From Clostridiales bacterium (GTDB taxonomy: Bacteria; Bacillota; Clostridia; Oscillospirales; Acutalibacteraceae): a stretch of DNA of 64,000 nt. Within the stretch, counting starts at the first letter, position 1. The number at the start of each line of letters is the position of its first letter. Below are positions 1-8,857 of this stretch, piece after piece. A program made the position numbers and the translations under genes. The stretch spans positions 41,906-105,905 of the forward strand of contig DUNN01000011.1 of NCBI GenBank assembly GCA_012839345.1, written 5' to 3'. The notes under the pieces are model-generated. The model was not told the DNA's origin, did no database searches, and saw nothing but the letters and a program-made list of their open reading frames with translations.

Positions 1-2
1 AT

Positions 3-485
3 GACGAGCAGCTTCACACGCTGATTCAGTCCAGTGACCGCCGCCGCGCGGAGGAAAAGGCACTTTTTTTGCTGGAACACCGCAGCCATTCCCAAAAGGA
101 GCTGGCAGACAAAATCAGCCGCGTTGCCTCCCGGGAAGCCGCGGAGGCTGCTGCCGCGCGCATGGCGGAGCTTGGCCTGGTGGATGATGAAGCCTACGCG
201 AAATCCCTTGCCGCCGAACTGTTGAACCGCAAGGGATATTCCGCCGCGCGTGCGCGGCAGGAGCTGCAGCGCAGGGGCATTGACCGGGAACTGGCCCAAC
301 AGGTGGTGGAGGAATCCGCACCCGACCCAGTCGAGAAACTGATGGAGCTGATTCAACGGCGCTATGCCGGGAATTTGGCGGAGGAAAAGGGCCGCCGCCG
401 CTGCATAGCCGCTTTGCAGCGGCTTGGCTATCATTGGGATGATATCCGCACGGCGCTGCGTCGTGTGGGCGGCGAAGTGGAGTAG
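3..485 (+). CDS. recX: RecX regulatory protein (5' end outside window)
   Basis: Frame open from base 3 (DEQLHTLIQSSDRRRAEEKALFLLEHRSHSQKEL); RecX motifs L..R.hS..EL, GLVDDEAYA, ELQRRGI, LQRLGY. Confidence 0.9.
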   Translation, partial: DEQLHTLIQSSDRRRAEEKALFLLEHRSHSQKELADKISRVASREAAEAAAARMAELGLVDDEAYAKSLAAELLNRKGYSAARARQELQRRGIDRELAQQVVEESAPDPVEKLMELIQRRYAGNLAEEKGRRRCIAALQRLGYHWDDIRTALRRVGGEVE

Positions 486-698
486 CTTTCCCGCCTTTGG
501 GCGGATAAAATTATCGGAATGATCCAATATAAAATGATTCATAATTAACAGACAGGGGAAGTTTGAAATACCTTTCAAACATAAAGTTTTGTCTTTCCCG
601 CAAAAAAGCAGGGCGGGAATTTGGTATACGGCGCAACACCGTACATGCCTGCACCGTCAAAACCTCCGGTCGACCGTGAAAGGATGGTCACAACAAAC

Positions 699-2030
699 AT
701 GGCATATCGAATCGGAATGGTGAGCCTCGGCTGCGCCAAAAATCAGGTGGACGCAGAAATGATGATGGCGTCGCTGAAAAAATCCGGTTATCTTCTGGCA
801 AACGACCCCGCAATGGCGGATGTCGCCATCGTCAATACCTGCGGCTTTATCGACGCCGCCAAACAGGAGTCCATCGATGAGATTCTGGAGTTGGCCAAGC
901 TGAAGGCCGAAGGGAAAATTAAGGCGATTGTGGTCACTGGCTGCATGGCGGAACGCTACCGCGAGGAAATCCGCAAAGAGCTTCCGGAAGTGGATGCAGT
1001 CGTCGGCATCGGCGCAGACAGCGGAATTGCCGAAGTAATCCAGCAGGTGCTGGATGGCAAAAAAACAGAAACGTTCCCGGAAAAGACGCTGCTGCCGCTG
1101 GAAGGGGAACGCGCCCTTTCCACCCCTAGCTATTTCGCTTACCTGAAAATTGCGGAGGGCTGCGACAACCGCTGCGCTTACTGTGCCATTCCGTTTATCC
1201 GCGGGGCGTACCGTTCCCGCACCATGGAAAATATTCTGGAGGAAGCGCGCGGGCTTGCCCGGAACGGTGTGAAGGAATTGGTGCTGATCGCGCAGGATAC
1301 GACTAAATACGGCCGCGACTTGACCGGTAAGCTGATGCTTCCGCAGCTGCTGCGCGAGCTTTGCAAAATCGAAGGAATCGAATGGATTCGTATTCTGTAT
1401 TGTTACCCGGATGCCATTACGGACGAATTGATTGACACCATCGCTTCGGAGCCGAAAATTGTCAAATATATCGACCTTCCGCTCCAGCACTGCAGTGCGC
1501 GGCTTTTAAAGGCGATGCGCCGTTCCGGCAGCCGTGAGGAGCTGACGGCGCTGATTCAGAAAATGCGCGCACGCATTCCGAATTTGATTCTGCGCACCAC
1601 TTTGATTACCGGTTTCCCCGGGGAAACCGAGGAGGACTTTACCGAACTTGCAGAATTTGTGCGCGAAATTAAATTCGAACGCCTTGGCTGCTTTGCCTAT
1701 TCCAGGGAGGAAGGCACCGCGGCCGCCGAAATGCCTGACCAAATTGACGACGAAGTCAAGCAGCACCGCATGGAGCTGATTATGGAAGAGCAGATGGGGC
1801 TGATGCAGGAATGGGGCGAAAGCTTCATCGGAAAGACCCAGCGCATTCTGGTAGAGGGCTTCGACCGTTACGCGGAGTGCTGGTTCGGCCGTTCTTACGC
1901 GGATGCGCCGGACATTGACGGCAAGGTTTTCTTTACGGTATCGAGCAAAAAGCCGAAGCCAGGCGATTTTATACAGGTCAAAATCACGGATTGCGTGGAT
2001 GGCGACCTGACCGGCGAACAACTGAACTGA
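699..2030 (+). CDS. rimO: Ribosomal protein S12 methylthiotransferase RimO
   Basis: SLGCAKNQVDAE, NTCGFI, radical SAM CDNRCAYC, C-terminal TRAM with APDIDG; ATG at 699 after AAGGA. Confidence 0.93.
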   Translation: MAYRIGMVSLGCAKNQVDAEMMMASLKKSGYLLANDPAMADVAIVNTCGFIDAAKQESIDEILELAKLKAEGKIKAIVVTGCMAERYREEIRKELPEVDAVVGIGADSGIAEVIQQVLDGKKTETFPEKTLLPLEGERALSTPSYFAYLKIAEGCDNRCAYCAIPFIRGAYRSRTMENILEEARGLARNGVKELVLIAQDTTKYGRDLTGKLMLPQLLRELCKIEGIEWIRILYCYPDAITDELIDTIASEPKIVKYIDLPLQHCSARLLKAMRRSGSREELTALIQKMRARIPNLILRTTLITGFPGETEEDFTELAEFVREIKFERLGCFAYSREEGTAAAEMPDQIDDEVKQHRMELIMEEQMGLMQEWGESFIGKTQRILVEGFDRYAECWFGRSYADAPDIDGKVFFTVSSKKPKPGDFIQVKITDCVDGDLTGEQLN

Positions 2031-2044
2031 AGGAGGCGCCGTAT

Positions 2045-2608
2045 TTGAATCTTCCCAATAAACTAACCCTTTTTCGAATGATACTGGTTCCGTTTTTTGT
2101 GGCGGCCGTTTTGGTGCCCACCCTGCCGAACCACTATTTGTGGGCGCTTTTGCTGTTCCTTATTGCATCGTACACCGATCATTTGGATGGCAAGCTGGCG
2201 CGCAAATATAATCAGGTCACCAATTTCGGCAAATTCCTTGACCCGGTTGCAGATAAAATACTGGTGATTTCCGCGCTGGTTTGTTTTGTTCAGCTCGGGT
2301 TTGCGCAGACCTGGTGTGTTCTTCTCATCATCGCACGGGAGTTTATTGTGACCTCTATCCGTTTGGTCGCGGTGGACGGGGGAAAGGTGATTGCCGCCAA
2401 CAAGTGGGGCAAAACCAAAACCGTCAGCCAGCTGATTTCTATCTCCGTCATCCTGCTGCTGCAGTATCTGCTTGAGCTTTCCATCGGCAGTGCACTGCTT
2501 TTCCAGATGATCGGCGATATTACGATTTATATTGCCACGCTGCTGACCGTAATTTCCGGCGTTACCTATGTTCAGCAGAATTTCGCATTGATCCGCACTG
2601 CGAAATAA
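2045..2608 (+). CDS. pgsA: CDP-diacylglycerol--glycerol-3-phosphate 3-phosphatidyltransferase
   Basis: NLPNKLT, DHLDGKLARK..VTNFGKFLDPVADK CDP-alcohol phosphotransferase motif; TTG start after AGGAGG; follows rimO. Confidence 0.93.
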   Translation: MNLPNKLTLFRMILVPFFVAAVLVPTLPNHYLWALLLFLIASYTDHLDGKLARKYNQVTNFGKFLDPVADKILVISALVCFVQLGFAQTWCVLLIIAREFIVTSIRLVAVDGGKVIAANKWGKTKTVSQLISISVILLLQYLLELSIGSALLFQMIGDITIYIATLLTVISGVTYVQQNFALIRTAK

Positions 2609-2869
2609 TGGTTTGGAAAATATGTCTTATTGATTCATACGCTTCTTGTCCACCCTTTCGAAGCATGGTGGAGGCACATAGATTTTCTTGTGAAAAATGT
2701 GCAAGAAAACAGCCTTATAAATAGTAAACATATCATATAAGTATATAAAATTGAATATAAACGACAGCGAAACCTTCCGCCGAAGGGTTTACATTGCCGA
2801 GTGTTTGGTATATACTATTGTCACATTCTTTACGATTGTTAATATACTGTGTTATAGTATTGAATCGAA

Positions 2870-3110
2870 AAATGCGTTGAACGGAAGAAGTACCCGCAGA
2901 GGAAGCACCAGAGAGAAGGCGTCACCGGCTGAAAGCGCCTTTTGCAGAGCATGCGGCAAAATGCATCCGTGAGCAGGCGGAGGGAACCGGGAGCATTCCC
3001 CTAGTATCCCCGCACGGCAGGCACCGTTACCGGCCCCAAAGCGATAAAACGGAGTGGAACCGCGGCAAAATTGGCCGCCTCCGTCCCTTTTGGGGCGAAG
3101 GCGGCTTTTT
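2870..3110 (+). promoter_or_regulatory. T-box riboswitch, cysteine specifier
   Basis: Stem I base ACGGA/TCCGT, AGTA, GAGAG and GGCTGAAAG motifs; specifier TGC at 2962-2964; T-box GGAGTGGAACCGCG (UGGA matches tRNA-Cys U73); terminator GCCGCC...GGCGGC-TTTTT; upstream of cysE-cysS. Confidence 0.95.
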
Positions 3111-3159
3111 GTGCGGGCGGATGATTTCTCGCTCCGTGGAGATCATACTGGAGGGTATT

Positions 3160-3807
3160 ATGTTTCGTCAGCTAAAAGAAGAACTCGATTCCATTATTGA
3201 CCGCGACCCCGCCGCAAGGTCAAGGCTGGAAGTGTATTTTCTGTACTCCGGGTTCAAAGCGGTTCGCGCTTACCGCCGGGCGCACTGGTTTTATCAGCAC
3301 AACATGAAGTTTATTGCCCGGTATATTTCCCAGCGTGCCCGCCACAAAACGGGAATTGAAATCCACCCCGGCGCAAAAATCGGGAAGGGCCTTTTCATTG
3401 ACCACGGCATGGGCGTGGTCATTGGGGAGACCACCGAAATTGGCGACAACTGCACCCTGTATCAGGGGGTAACTCTTGGCGGAACCGGCAAGGATCACGG
3501 CAAACGCCATCCGACTCTGGGGAACAATGTGATGGTGGGTTCGGGGGCAAAAATTCTGGGGCCGTTCCGTGTGGGCGACAACGCCCGCGTGGCAGCGGGC
3601 GCCGTCGTGCTGGACGAAGTGCCGGACAACGCTACCGCCGTGGGTGTACCGGCGCGGGTGGTCCGCCTGAACGGCCAGCGCATTGGTGACCTGGACCAGA
3701 TTCACGTTTCGGACCCGGTTTCACAGGAACTTTGCCGTATGAGTTTTGAATTAGAGAAAATGCAGAAGCGTTTAAATGATATTAACTGCCTGAGAGAGAC
3801 AAAATAG
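3160..3807 (+). CDS. cysE: Serine O-acetyltransferase
   Basis: DRDPAA, TGIEIHPGAKIG, FIDHGMGVVIGET, GVTLGGTGK..GKRHPT hexapeptide motifs. Confidence 0.95.
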   Translation: MFRQLKEELDSIIDRDPAARSRLEVYFLYSGFKAVRAYRRAHWFYQHNMKFIARYISQRARHKTGIEIHPGAKIGKGLFIDHGMGVVIGETTEIGDNCTLYQGVTLGGTGKDHGKRHPTLGNNVMVGSGAKILGPFRVGDNARVAAGAVVLDEVPDNATAVGVPARVVRLNGQRIGDLDQIHVSDPVSQELCRMSFELEKMQKRLNDINCLRETK

Positions 3808-3929
3808 GGGGAAAGAATTTTTTCACCCGGACTTGGCTGATTGGCCAGATTTGGGTAAGAATGCCAACCTTTTTGAAAGGGCTTGCATCTTTGCTTAGAA
3901 CAGGAAACCCGGAAAGGATATGAAATAAA

Positions 3930-5336
3930 ATGGAAATTTACAACACGCTGACGCGCCAAAAAGAAGAGTTTGTTCCCATTACTGCCGGTGAGGTGAAAAT
4001 TTACGCGTGCGGGCCGACCGTTTACAACTACATCCATATTGGAAACGCCCGGCCAATCTGCGTATTCGATGTGCTTCGGCGCTACCTGGAATACCGCGGC
4101 ATGAAGGTGACCTATGTTCAGAACTTCACCGACATCGATGACAAAATCATTCGAAAGGCGAATGAAGAGGGCACGGATTACCTGACGGTTTCCCGGCGGT
4201 TCATCGACGAATACCGCACGGACGCGAAGGGCCTGAATGTCCGCCCAGCCACCATTCACCCGTTGGCCACCGAAAATATTGATGAAATTATTCAGATGGT
4301 TTCCGACCTGATTGACAAGGGATATGCGTATCCTGCGGAAAATGGCGACGTTTACTTCCGCACTCTGAAAGACCCGAATTACGGAAAACTGTCGCATCAG
4401 CCGCTGGAGGATCTTCAGGCCGGCGCGCGTATTGCAACCGGAGAAATTAAGGAAGACGCCATGGACTTTGCCCTTTGGAAGGGCGCAAAGCCAGGCGAGC
4501 CGAGTTGGACCTCCCCGTGGGGCGAAGGCCGCCCGGGTTGGCACATTGAGTGCTCTTCCATGGTGCGCCGCTATTTGGGCAAAACCATCGACATTCACTG
4601 CGGCGGACAGGACCTGATTTTCCCGCACCATGAAAACGAGATTGCGCAGAGCGAATGCTGCAACGGCGCGCCGTTTGCCAACTACTGGATGCATAACGGC
4701 TATATCAATGTGGACAACCGCAAAATGAGCAAGAGCCTGAACAACTTCTTTACGGTCCGCGATGTGGCGCAGCAGTATGGTTACGAGCCCATCCGCTATC
4801 TGATGGTTTCTTCCCACTACCGCACGCCCATCAACTACAGCGCGGAAATTATTGAACAGTGCAAATCTGCGCTGGAACGCCTGTATAACTGCCGCGACAA
4901 CCTGGAATTCCTGATGAAGAACGTCCCCTCCGGGCAGAAAGAGGGCGAACGCGAAGTGATGCGCCGCCTGGAAGGATATCAGGACCACTTTATCGAAGCG
5001 ATGGAAGACGACCTGAACACTGCGGACGCCGTTTCCGCACTGTTTGACCTTGCGCGCGACATCAATACCAATATCAACGCTTCCACTAATCCGTCCAAAG
5101 AGCTTTGCTCTTTCGCACTGAAGCTCTTTACCGAACTCGCGGATGTGCTCGGTCTGCTGTATCAGAAGAAGGAAGAAACCCACGACGAGGAAATCGAAGC
5201 GCTGATCGCACAGCGCGCGGAAGCAAGGAAGAATAAAGACTGGGCCACGGCCGACCGTATCCGCGACGAACTCAAGGCGCGCCATGTCATTTTGGAGGAT
5301 ACCCCGCAAGGCATCAAGTGGAAATTTGAATCGTAA
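3930..5336 (+). CDS. cysS: Cysteine--tRNA ligase
   Basis: YACGPTVY, HIGN, GRPGWHIECS, FPHHENE, KMSKS. Confidence 0.97.
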   Translation: MEIYNTLTRQKEEFVPITAGEVKIYACGPTVYNYIHIGNARPICVFDVLRRYLEYRGMKVTYVQNFTDIDDKIIRKANEEGTDYLTVSRRFIDEYRTDAKGLNVRPATIHPLATENIDEIIQMVSDLIDKGYAYPAENGDVYFRTLKDPNYGKLSHQPLEDLQAGARIATGEIKEDAMDFALWKGAKPGEPSWTSPWGEGRPGWHIECSSMVRRYLGKTIDIHCGGQDLIFPHHENEIAQSECCNGAPFANYWMHNGYINVDNRKMSKSLNNFFTVRDVAQQYGYEPIRYLMVSSHYRTPINYSAEIIEQCKSALERLYNCRDNLEFLMKNVPSGQKEGEREVMRRLEGYQDHFIEAMEDDLNTADAVSALFDLARDINTNINASTNPSKELCSFALKLFTELADVLGLLYQKKEETHDEEIEALIAQRAEARKNKDWATADRIRDELKARHVILEDTPQGIKWKFES

Positions 5337-5372
5337 TCCGTGCGTTTCAGTTCAGTGAAGAAGGGAATCGGT

Positions 5373-5858
5373 TTGGCAAAGGACAACAATAAAACGAATG
5401 TGATGCGGATTTTGGATAAAGCCAAAATCCCCTATCGATTTTATTTTTACGACCACGAGGACGGAAAAATCGACGGCGTTTCGGTTGCACACAAGCTGGG
5501 GCAGAACGAAGAGCAGGTGTTTAAAACCCTGGTGACCCGCGGCGCAAGCCGAGAGTTTTACGTGTTCGTGGTGCCGGTGGCAAAGGAATTGGACTTGAAA
5601 GCGTGCGCCAGAAGCGTTGGTGAAAAATCGGTCGAAATGATTCGTGTGGATGAGATTAACAAGGTGACCGGTTATATCCGCGGGGGCTGTTCCCCCATTG
5701 GAATGAAGAAACAATTCAAAACCGTGATTGACCAAAGCTGCGAAAAAGTCCCCACCATGATTGTCAGTGCCGGGAAAATCGGCGCGCAGGTGGAACTGGA
5801 ACCCAAAGCGCTGCTGGAGCTGATTGGCGGCTCCGTGGCGGCGATTGCGGAGGAATAA
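5373..5858 (+). CDS. ybaK: Cys-tRNA(Pro) deacylase YbaK/EbsC
   Basis: KTNVMRILD, VFKTLV, TGYIRGGCSPIGMKK, SAGKIG motifs; TTG start after AAGGGA. Confidence 0.9.
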   Translation: MAKDNNKTNVMRILDKAKIPYRFYFYDHEDGKIDGVSVAHKLGQNEEQVFKTLVTRGASREFYVFVVPVAKELDLKACARSVGEKSVEMIRVDEINKVTGYIRGGCSPIGMKKQFKTVIDQSCEKVPTMIVSAGKIGAQVELEPKALLELIGGSVAAIAEE

Positions 5859-6096
5859 CAGACTTACCGGCTGGTTTTATAAAATGAATCTGGGATTTCC
5901 AAAAGCGTGCTGCGGAATGAATTTTTATTCATTCAACAGCACGCTTTTTTCGCCCCGCGAAGTGGCTGCTCGGTGTTGCGGTTTCGTTTCCGACTCCTCT
6001 TTTTGACAGATACCGATTTTGTCTATTCCTTTTTTTCGTACGGCTGTTATACTGAAACTGTAAGATCGTTGTTTGATACTGTTTGAGGAGTAAGGT

Positions 6097-7125
6097 ATGG
6101 AATACAGGCATAAATTTATGAGGGGAACCGTCCGGTCTATCATCAACAAAGCAATCAACGACATCCGAACGGACCCGCGCCGCGGAATCCGGAATTTGGC
6201 GGATTTGGGCGAGTTATTTTCCACTTCACCGGTACAAAGGAAATTTATTGCGCTTGTCCGGAGTGTGTTAAAGCATCCGTGCAATCCGTACAACGAATTG
6301 ATAGTAAAGATGATTCGCAACGTGGAAACGGAATCTTTGCAGACGCTTAGTTTGAATTTCGGGTATACTGCGCTCAGCTACGGAGCGAAAACACTACGGA
6401 AGCGCCAAACAGAGCTCGGATGCCAGATTCCGTGGCTGCTGATTTACCGGTTCGACCAAGCGGAAAGCCAAATGGATGCCCGCGAACAGCTGCTTTCTCT
6501 GGTAGCCCAGGGGGCGGAACTCGGTATCTTTTCGTTTCTGCTTCAGCCGTCGAACGTACAAGACCTGGCAACAGCGGGCGAAATCTGCCGTGCCTGCCCG
6601 GAATGCCTGTTCTGCATTGCCGCTCCGGCGGCGCTTCTGGCACAGGGGCAGGAAGATTCGCTTCTGCAGATTCCCAATCTGCTGCTGATGGTGGAAATGA
6701 CGGGTTCCCGCGATTGGCCCGTTTCCCAGTGGGAAGCGGTCGAGCACGTGTTTCACCGGCTACGGGAGGCTGAGCGCTGCTTCGGCTATTACGCCTATTA
6801 CAGCGAAGAGGACGTGGAATTTTTCACGTCGCCTGGATTTACACGCCGCATGATCCAGAACGACTGCCTGATTGGGTCTTATATAAACCGCACCCCCGGC
6901 TTGGAAGCACTGGAAGACCGCGTTTACAGCTATGTGTGCAGTGAGCGAGGTAGAAACGGAAAACCGCTGTTTGTCATGGACTTTTACCGGGATATTGACT
7001 ATGTGGCAAAATCCGTTTCCGGCGGGGACTATCTTGTCATTTCTGGGGGCGACGGCACGCCTCAGGTGGAAATCTCCCTTTTGGAAAAAATACGTGGCAA
7101 TCATCGCCTGCAATCCGCGCAGTAA
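6097..7125 (+). CDS. Hypothetical protein resembling a clostridial radical SAM family but lacking CxxxCxxC
   Basis: 342-aa ORF with GAGGAG RBS; DPRRGIRNLADL and LGCQIPW segments recall the N-terminus of that family; no cluster motif. Confidence 0.55.
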   Translation: MEYRHKFMRGTVRSIINKAINDIRTDPRRGIRNLADLGELFSTSPVQRKFIALVRSVLKHPCNPYNELIVKMIRNVETESLQTLSLNFGYTALSYGAKTLRKRQTELGCQIPWLLIYRFDQAESQMDAREQLLSLVAQGAELGIFSFLLQPSNVQDLATAGEICRACPECLFCIAAPAALLAQGQEDSLLQIPNLLLMVEMTGSRDWPVSQWEAVEHVFHRLREAERCFGYYAYYSEEDVEFFTSPGFTRRMIQNDCLIGSYINRTPGLEALEDRVYSYVCSERGRNGKPLFVMDFYRDIDYVAKSVSGGDYLVISGGDGTPQVEISLLEKIRGNHRLQSAQ

Positions 7126-7233
7126 ACCCAAGGATGAAAAGAAAGATACAATTTGTTCATGGTTCTTTCAGGAATCCGAAAAAAGCTTGCTTTATAATAA
7201 GTGTATTGTGAATTACGAAAGGACAGCTGAAGA

Positions 7234-7626
7234 ATGGATCGATTCAGACAATGGATGATGGGACGCTATGGCCCCGATCAGCTTACGTACGCCCTTCTGA
7301 TTGGATATCTGGTGTTGTATTTGGTTGCCCAGATTGCCCGTTTTGGGATTCTGGCCCTGATTGCCATGATTCTGCTTGTACTGGCAGTTGTGCGCATGTT
7401 TTCCCGCAACACAACCCAGCGGTACCGTGAAAATCAGGCGTTCCTCCGATTTTGGAATCCGATTTCCGGGTGGTTCCGCCGGATGAAGTATAACCTCCAG
7501 GATCGGCAGGCAAACCGGATTTTTAAATGCCCGAACTGCTCCAGCCGGCTGCGGGTGCCCAGAGGCCGGGGAAAAGTAGAGATAACCTGCCCGGTGTGCA
7601 GAACGCGGTTTATTAAAAAAACCTGA
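7234..7626 (+). CDS. Membrane protein with C-terminal zinc ribbon
   Basis: MGRYGPDQL, two hydrophobic segments, CPNC..LRVPRGRGKVEITCPVC. Confidence 0.8.
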   Translation: MDRFRQWMMGRYGPDQLTYALLIGYLVLYLVAQIARFGILALIAMILLVLAVVRMFSRNTTQRYRENQAFLRFWNPISGWFRRMKYNLQDRQANRIFKCPNCSSRLRVPRGRGKVEITCPVCRTRFIKKT

Positions 7627-7662
7627 TTTTGGCCTGCGAAAGAAAGCTTTCATAAACCAGAT

Positions 7663-7701
7663 AAAATCCGCATTCCTTCAAAAAGGGGTGCGGATTTTTT
7701 T
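7663..7701 (+). terminator. Rho-independent terminator
   Basis: AAAATCCGCATTCCTT...AAGGGGTGCGGATTTTTTT. Confidence 0.8.
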
Positions 7702-7955
7702 ACCTGCCTGTAAAAAAAACGGTGCTGCCGAAATTTCGAAAATTGCGGGATAAATGCAGGACAGAGAACTTCGTTTTAAAAGGCAAATGCAAATTCTTGT
7801 ATATTTAAACATTAATTTCGTATTTTCGTTTCTTTATTTTTCTAGAAGAGATTGAAAAACAAAGGGTAATTTTATATAATCATTTATATTCCGGAATAAT
7901 TTCCTGCCCTTAAAGGCTCGCCGGAAAATGCTTCGTCTTAGGGGGGCGTTCGCAA

Positions 7956-8591
7956 ATGGCGGACAGTAATCAAAATGAGATGGTAAAACAGTATGATGAA
8001 CTGATTTGCAAGCTTCCGGGTGTACTGAATTCAAGCGTTGTATTTTCGGACAGGGGTCTTTCGGAAATTCATGTTCTGGCGGACGACAGCAGGGCGCCAA
8101 AGCAGATTGCACGGGATATTCAGTCTGCCATCAGCGCGCAGTACGGGACGAATATCGACCATAAGCTGATCAGCATTGCGCAGATCCCGGCCCAAAACCC
8201 GTCTTGTTCACGAACTCGCCTAATTTTTGAAGAAATCAATATTTCCAAAAACAAGGAGCGCTCCTGCGCTACGGTTACGCTGACCGACGGGGAACATTCC
8301 TTTTCCGGAACGGCTTCCGCCCTGAATGACCGGCTGGAAGTCAACAAAATGATCTGTCAGGCCACATTGGGCGCCGTTGAAAATTATATGAAGGAGGCCG
8401 TTCAGCTTTCCGTCGCCGACGTCAAGATGTTTGACCTAAGCGGGGAAAAGGCGATTGCGGTCTGTGTTGCGGTAAAAAGCCGCGGCCAAGTGGAACGCCT
8501 GATTGGCAGTTCTTTTCAGGGTGACGATGCCGGAATGGCCGTAGTAAAGGCGACCCTGGATGCGCTGAACCGCAGGATTGCGACGGCGTAA
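7956..8591 (+). CDS. Hypothetical protein with LeuA allosteric (regulatory) domain-like C-terminus
   Basis: N-terminal EIHVLA..RAPKQIARDIQSA; two beta-beta-beta-alpha-like repeats ending QATLGAV and KATLDALNRR. Confidence 0.6.
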   Translation: MADSNQNEMVKQYDELICKLPGVLNSSVVFSDRGLSEIHVLADDSRAPKQIARDIQSAISAQYGTNIDHKLISIAQIPAQNPSCSRTRLIFEEINISKNKERSCATVTLTDGEHSFSGTASALNDRLEVNKMICQATLGAVENYMKEAVQLSVADVKMFDLSGEKAIAVCVAVKSRGQVERLIGSSFQGDDAGMAVVKATLDALNRRIATA

Positions 8592-8673
8592 GGCCCCTTA
8601 CGGATTGTTTTTTTATGTTGTTAAAAATCGGGTTTGCAGCAATCAGCACGGTACTGATTTTATAAGCGAAGCG

Positions 8674-8730
8674 GATATAGCCTGTTCTGCTAGCGTATGA
8701 ACAGAGTCCAATACAATGGAGGGCTATATC
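8674..8730 (+). promoter_or_regulatory. Putative three-way-junction leader occluding the RBS of the small peptide ORF
   Basis: GATATAGCC (8674-8682) pairs with GGCTATATC (8722-8730), enclosing TGTTC/GAACA and TCCA/TGGA hairpins; GGAGG lies in the 3' arms. Confidence 0.5.
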
Positions 8731-8731
8731 G

Positions 8732-8812
8732 ATGAAAGCAAAAATTATGACAGCCGCTATGGCAATTCTGTCTGTACTGGCTACCGCCGGCGCATTCTTC
8801 TCTTGGCAGTAA
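8732..8812 (+). CDS. Unannotated 26-aa signal-peptide-like precursor MKAKIMTAAMAILSVLATAGAFFSWQ
   Basis: ATG preceded by GGAGG; basic N-region, hydrophobic core, AGA site, aromatic tail, TAA; below the ORF-track cutoff. Confidence 0.8.
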   Translation: MKAKIMTAAMAILSVLATAGAFFSWQ

Positions 8813-8857
8813 TTTGAATTTTTGCAAACCCGATTTTTTATATTAAAGGGGGAAAGT

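Noticed and set aside
621-698. N-terminal extensions in the ORF track (rimO; likewise spoIIID, gerC, niaX, EIIA, ptsI)
   Set aside because: Better RBS-supported starts lie downstream at the family N-termini
2751-2972. 73-aa ORF upstream of cysE
   Set aside because: Overlaps the promoter and T-box stem I; explained by the RNA element
3702-5309. 535-aa antisense ORF over cysS
   Set aside because: Shadow frame of a codon-biased gene; no recognisable motifs
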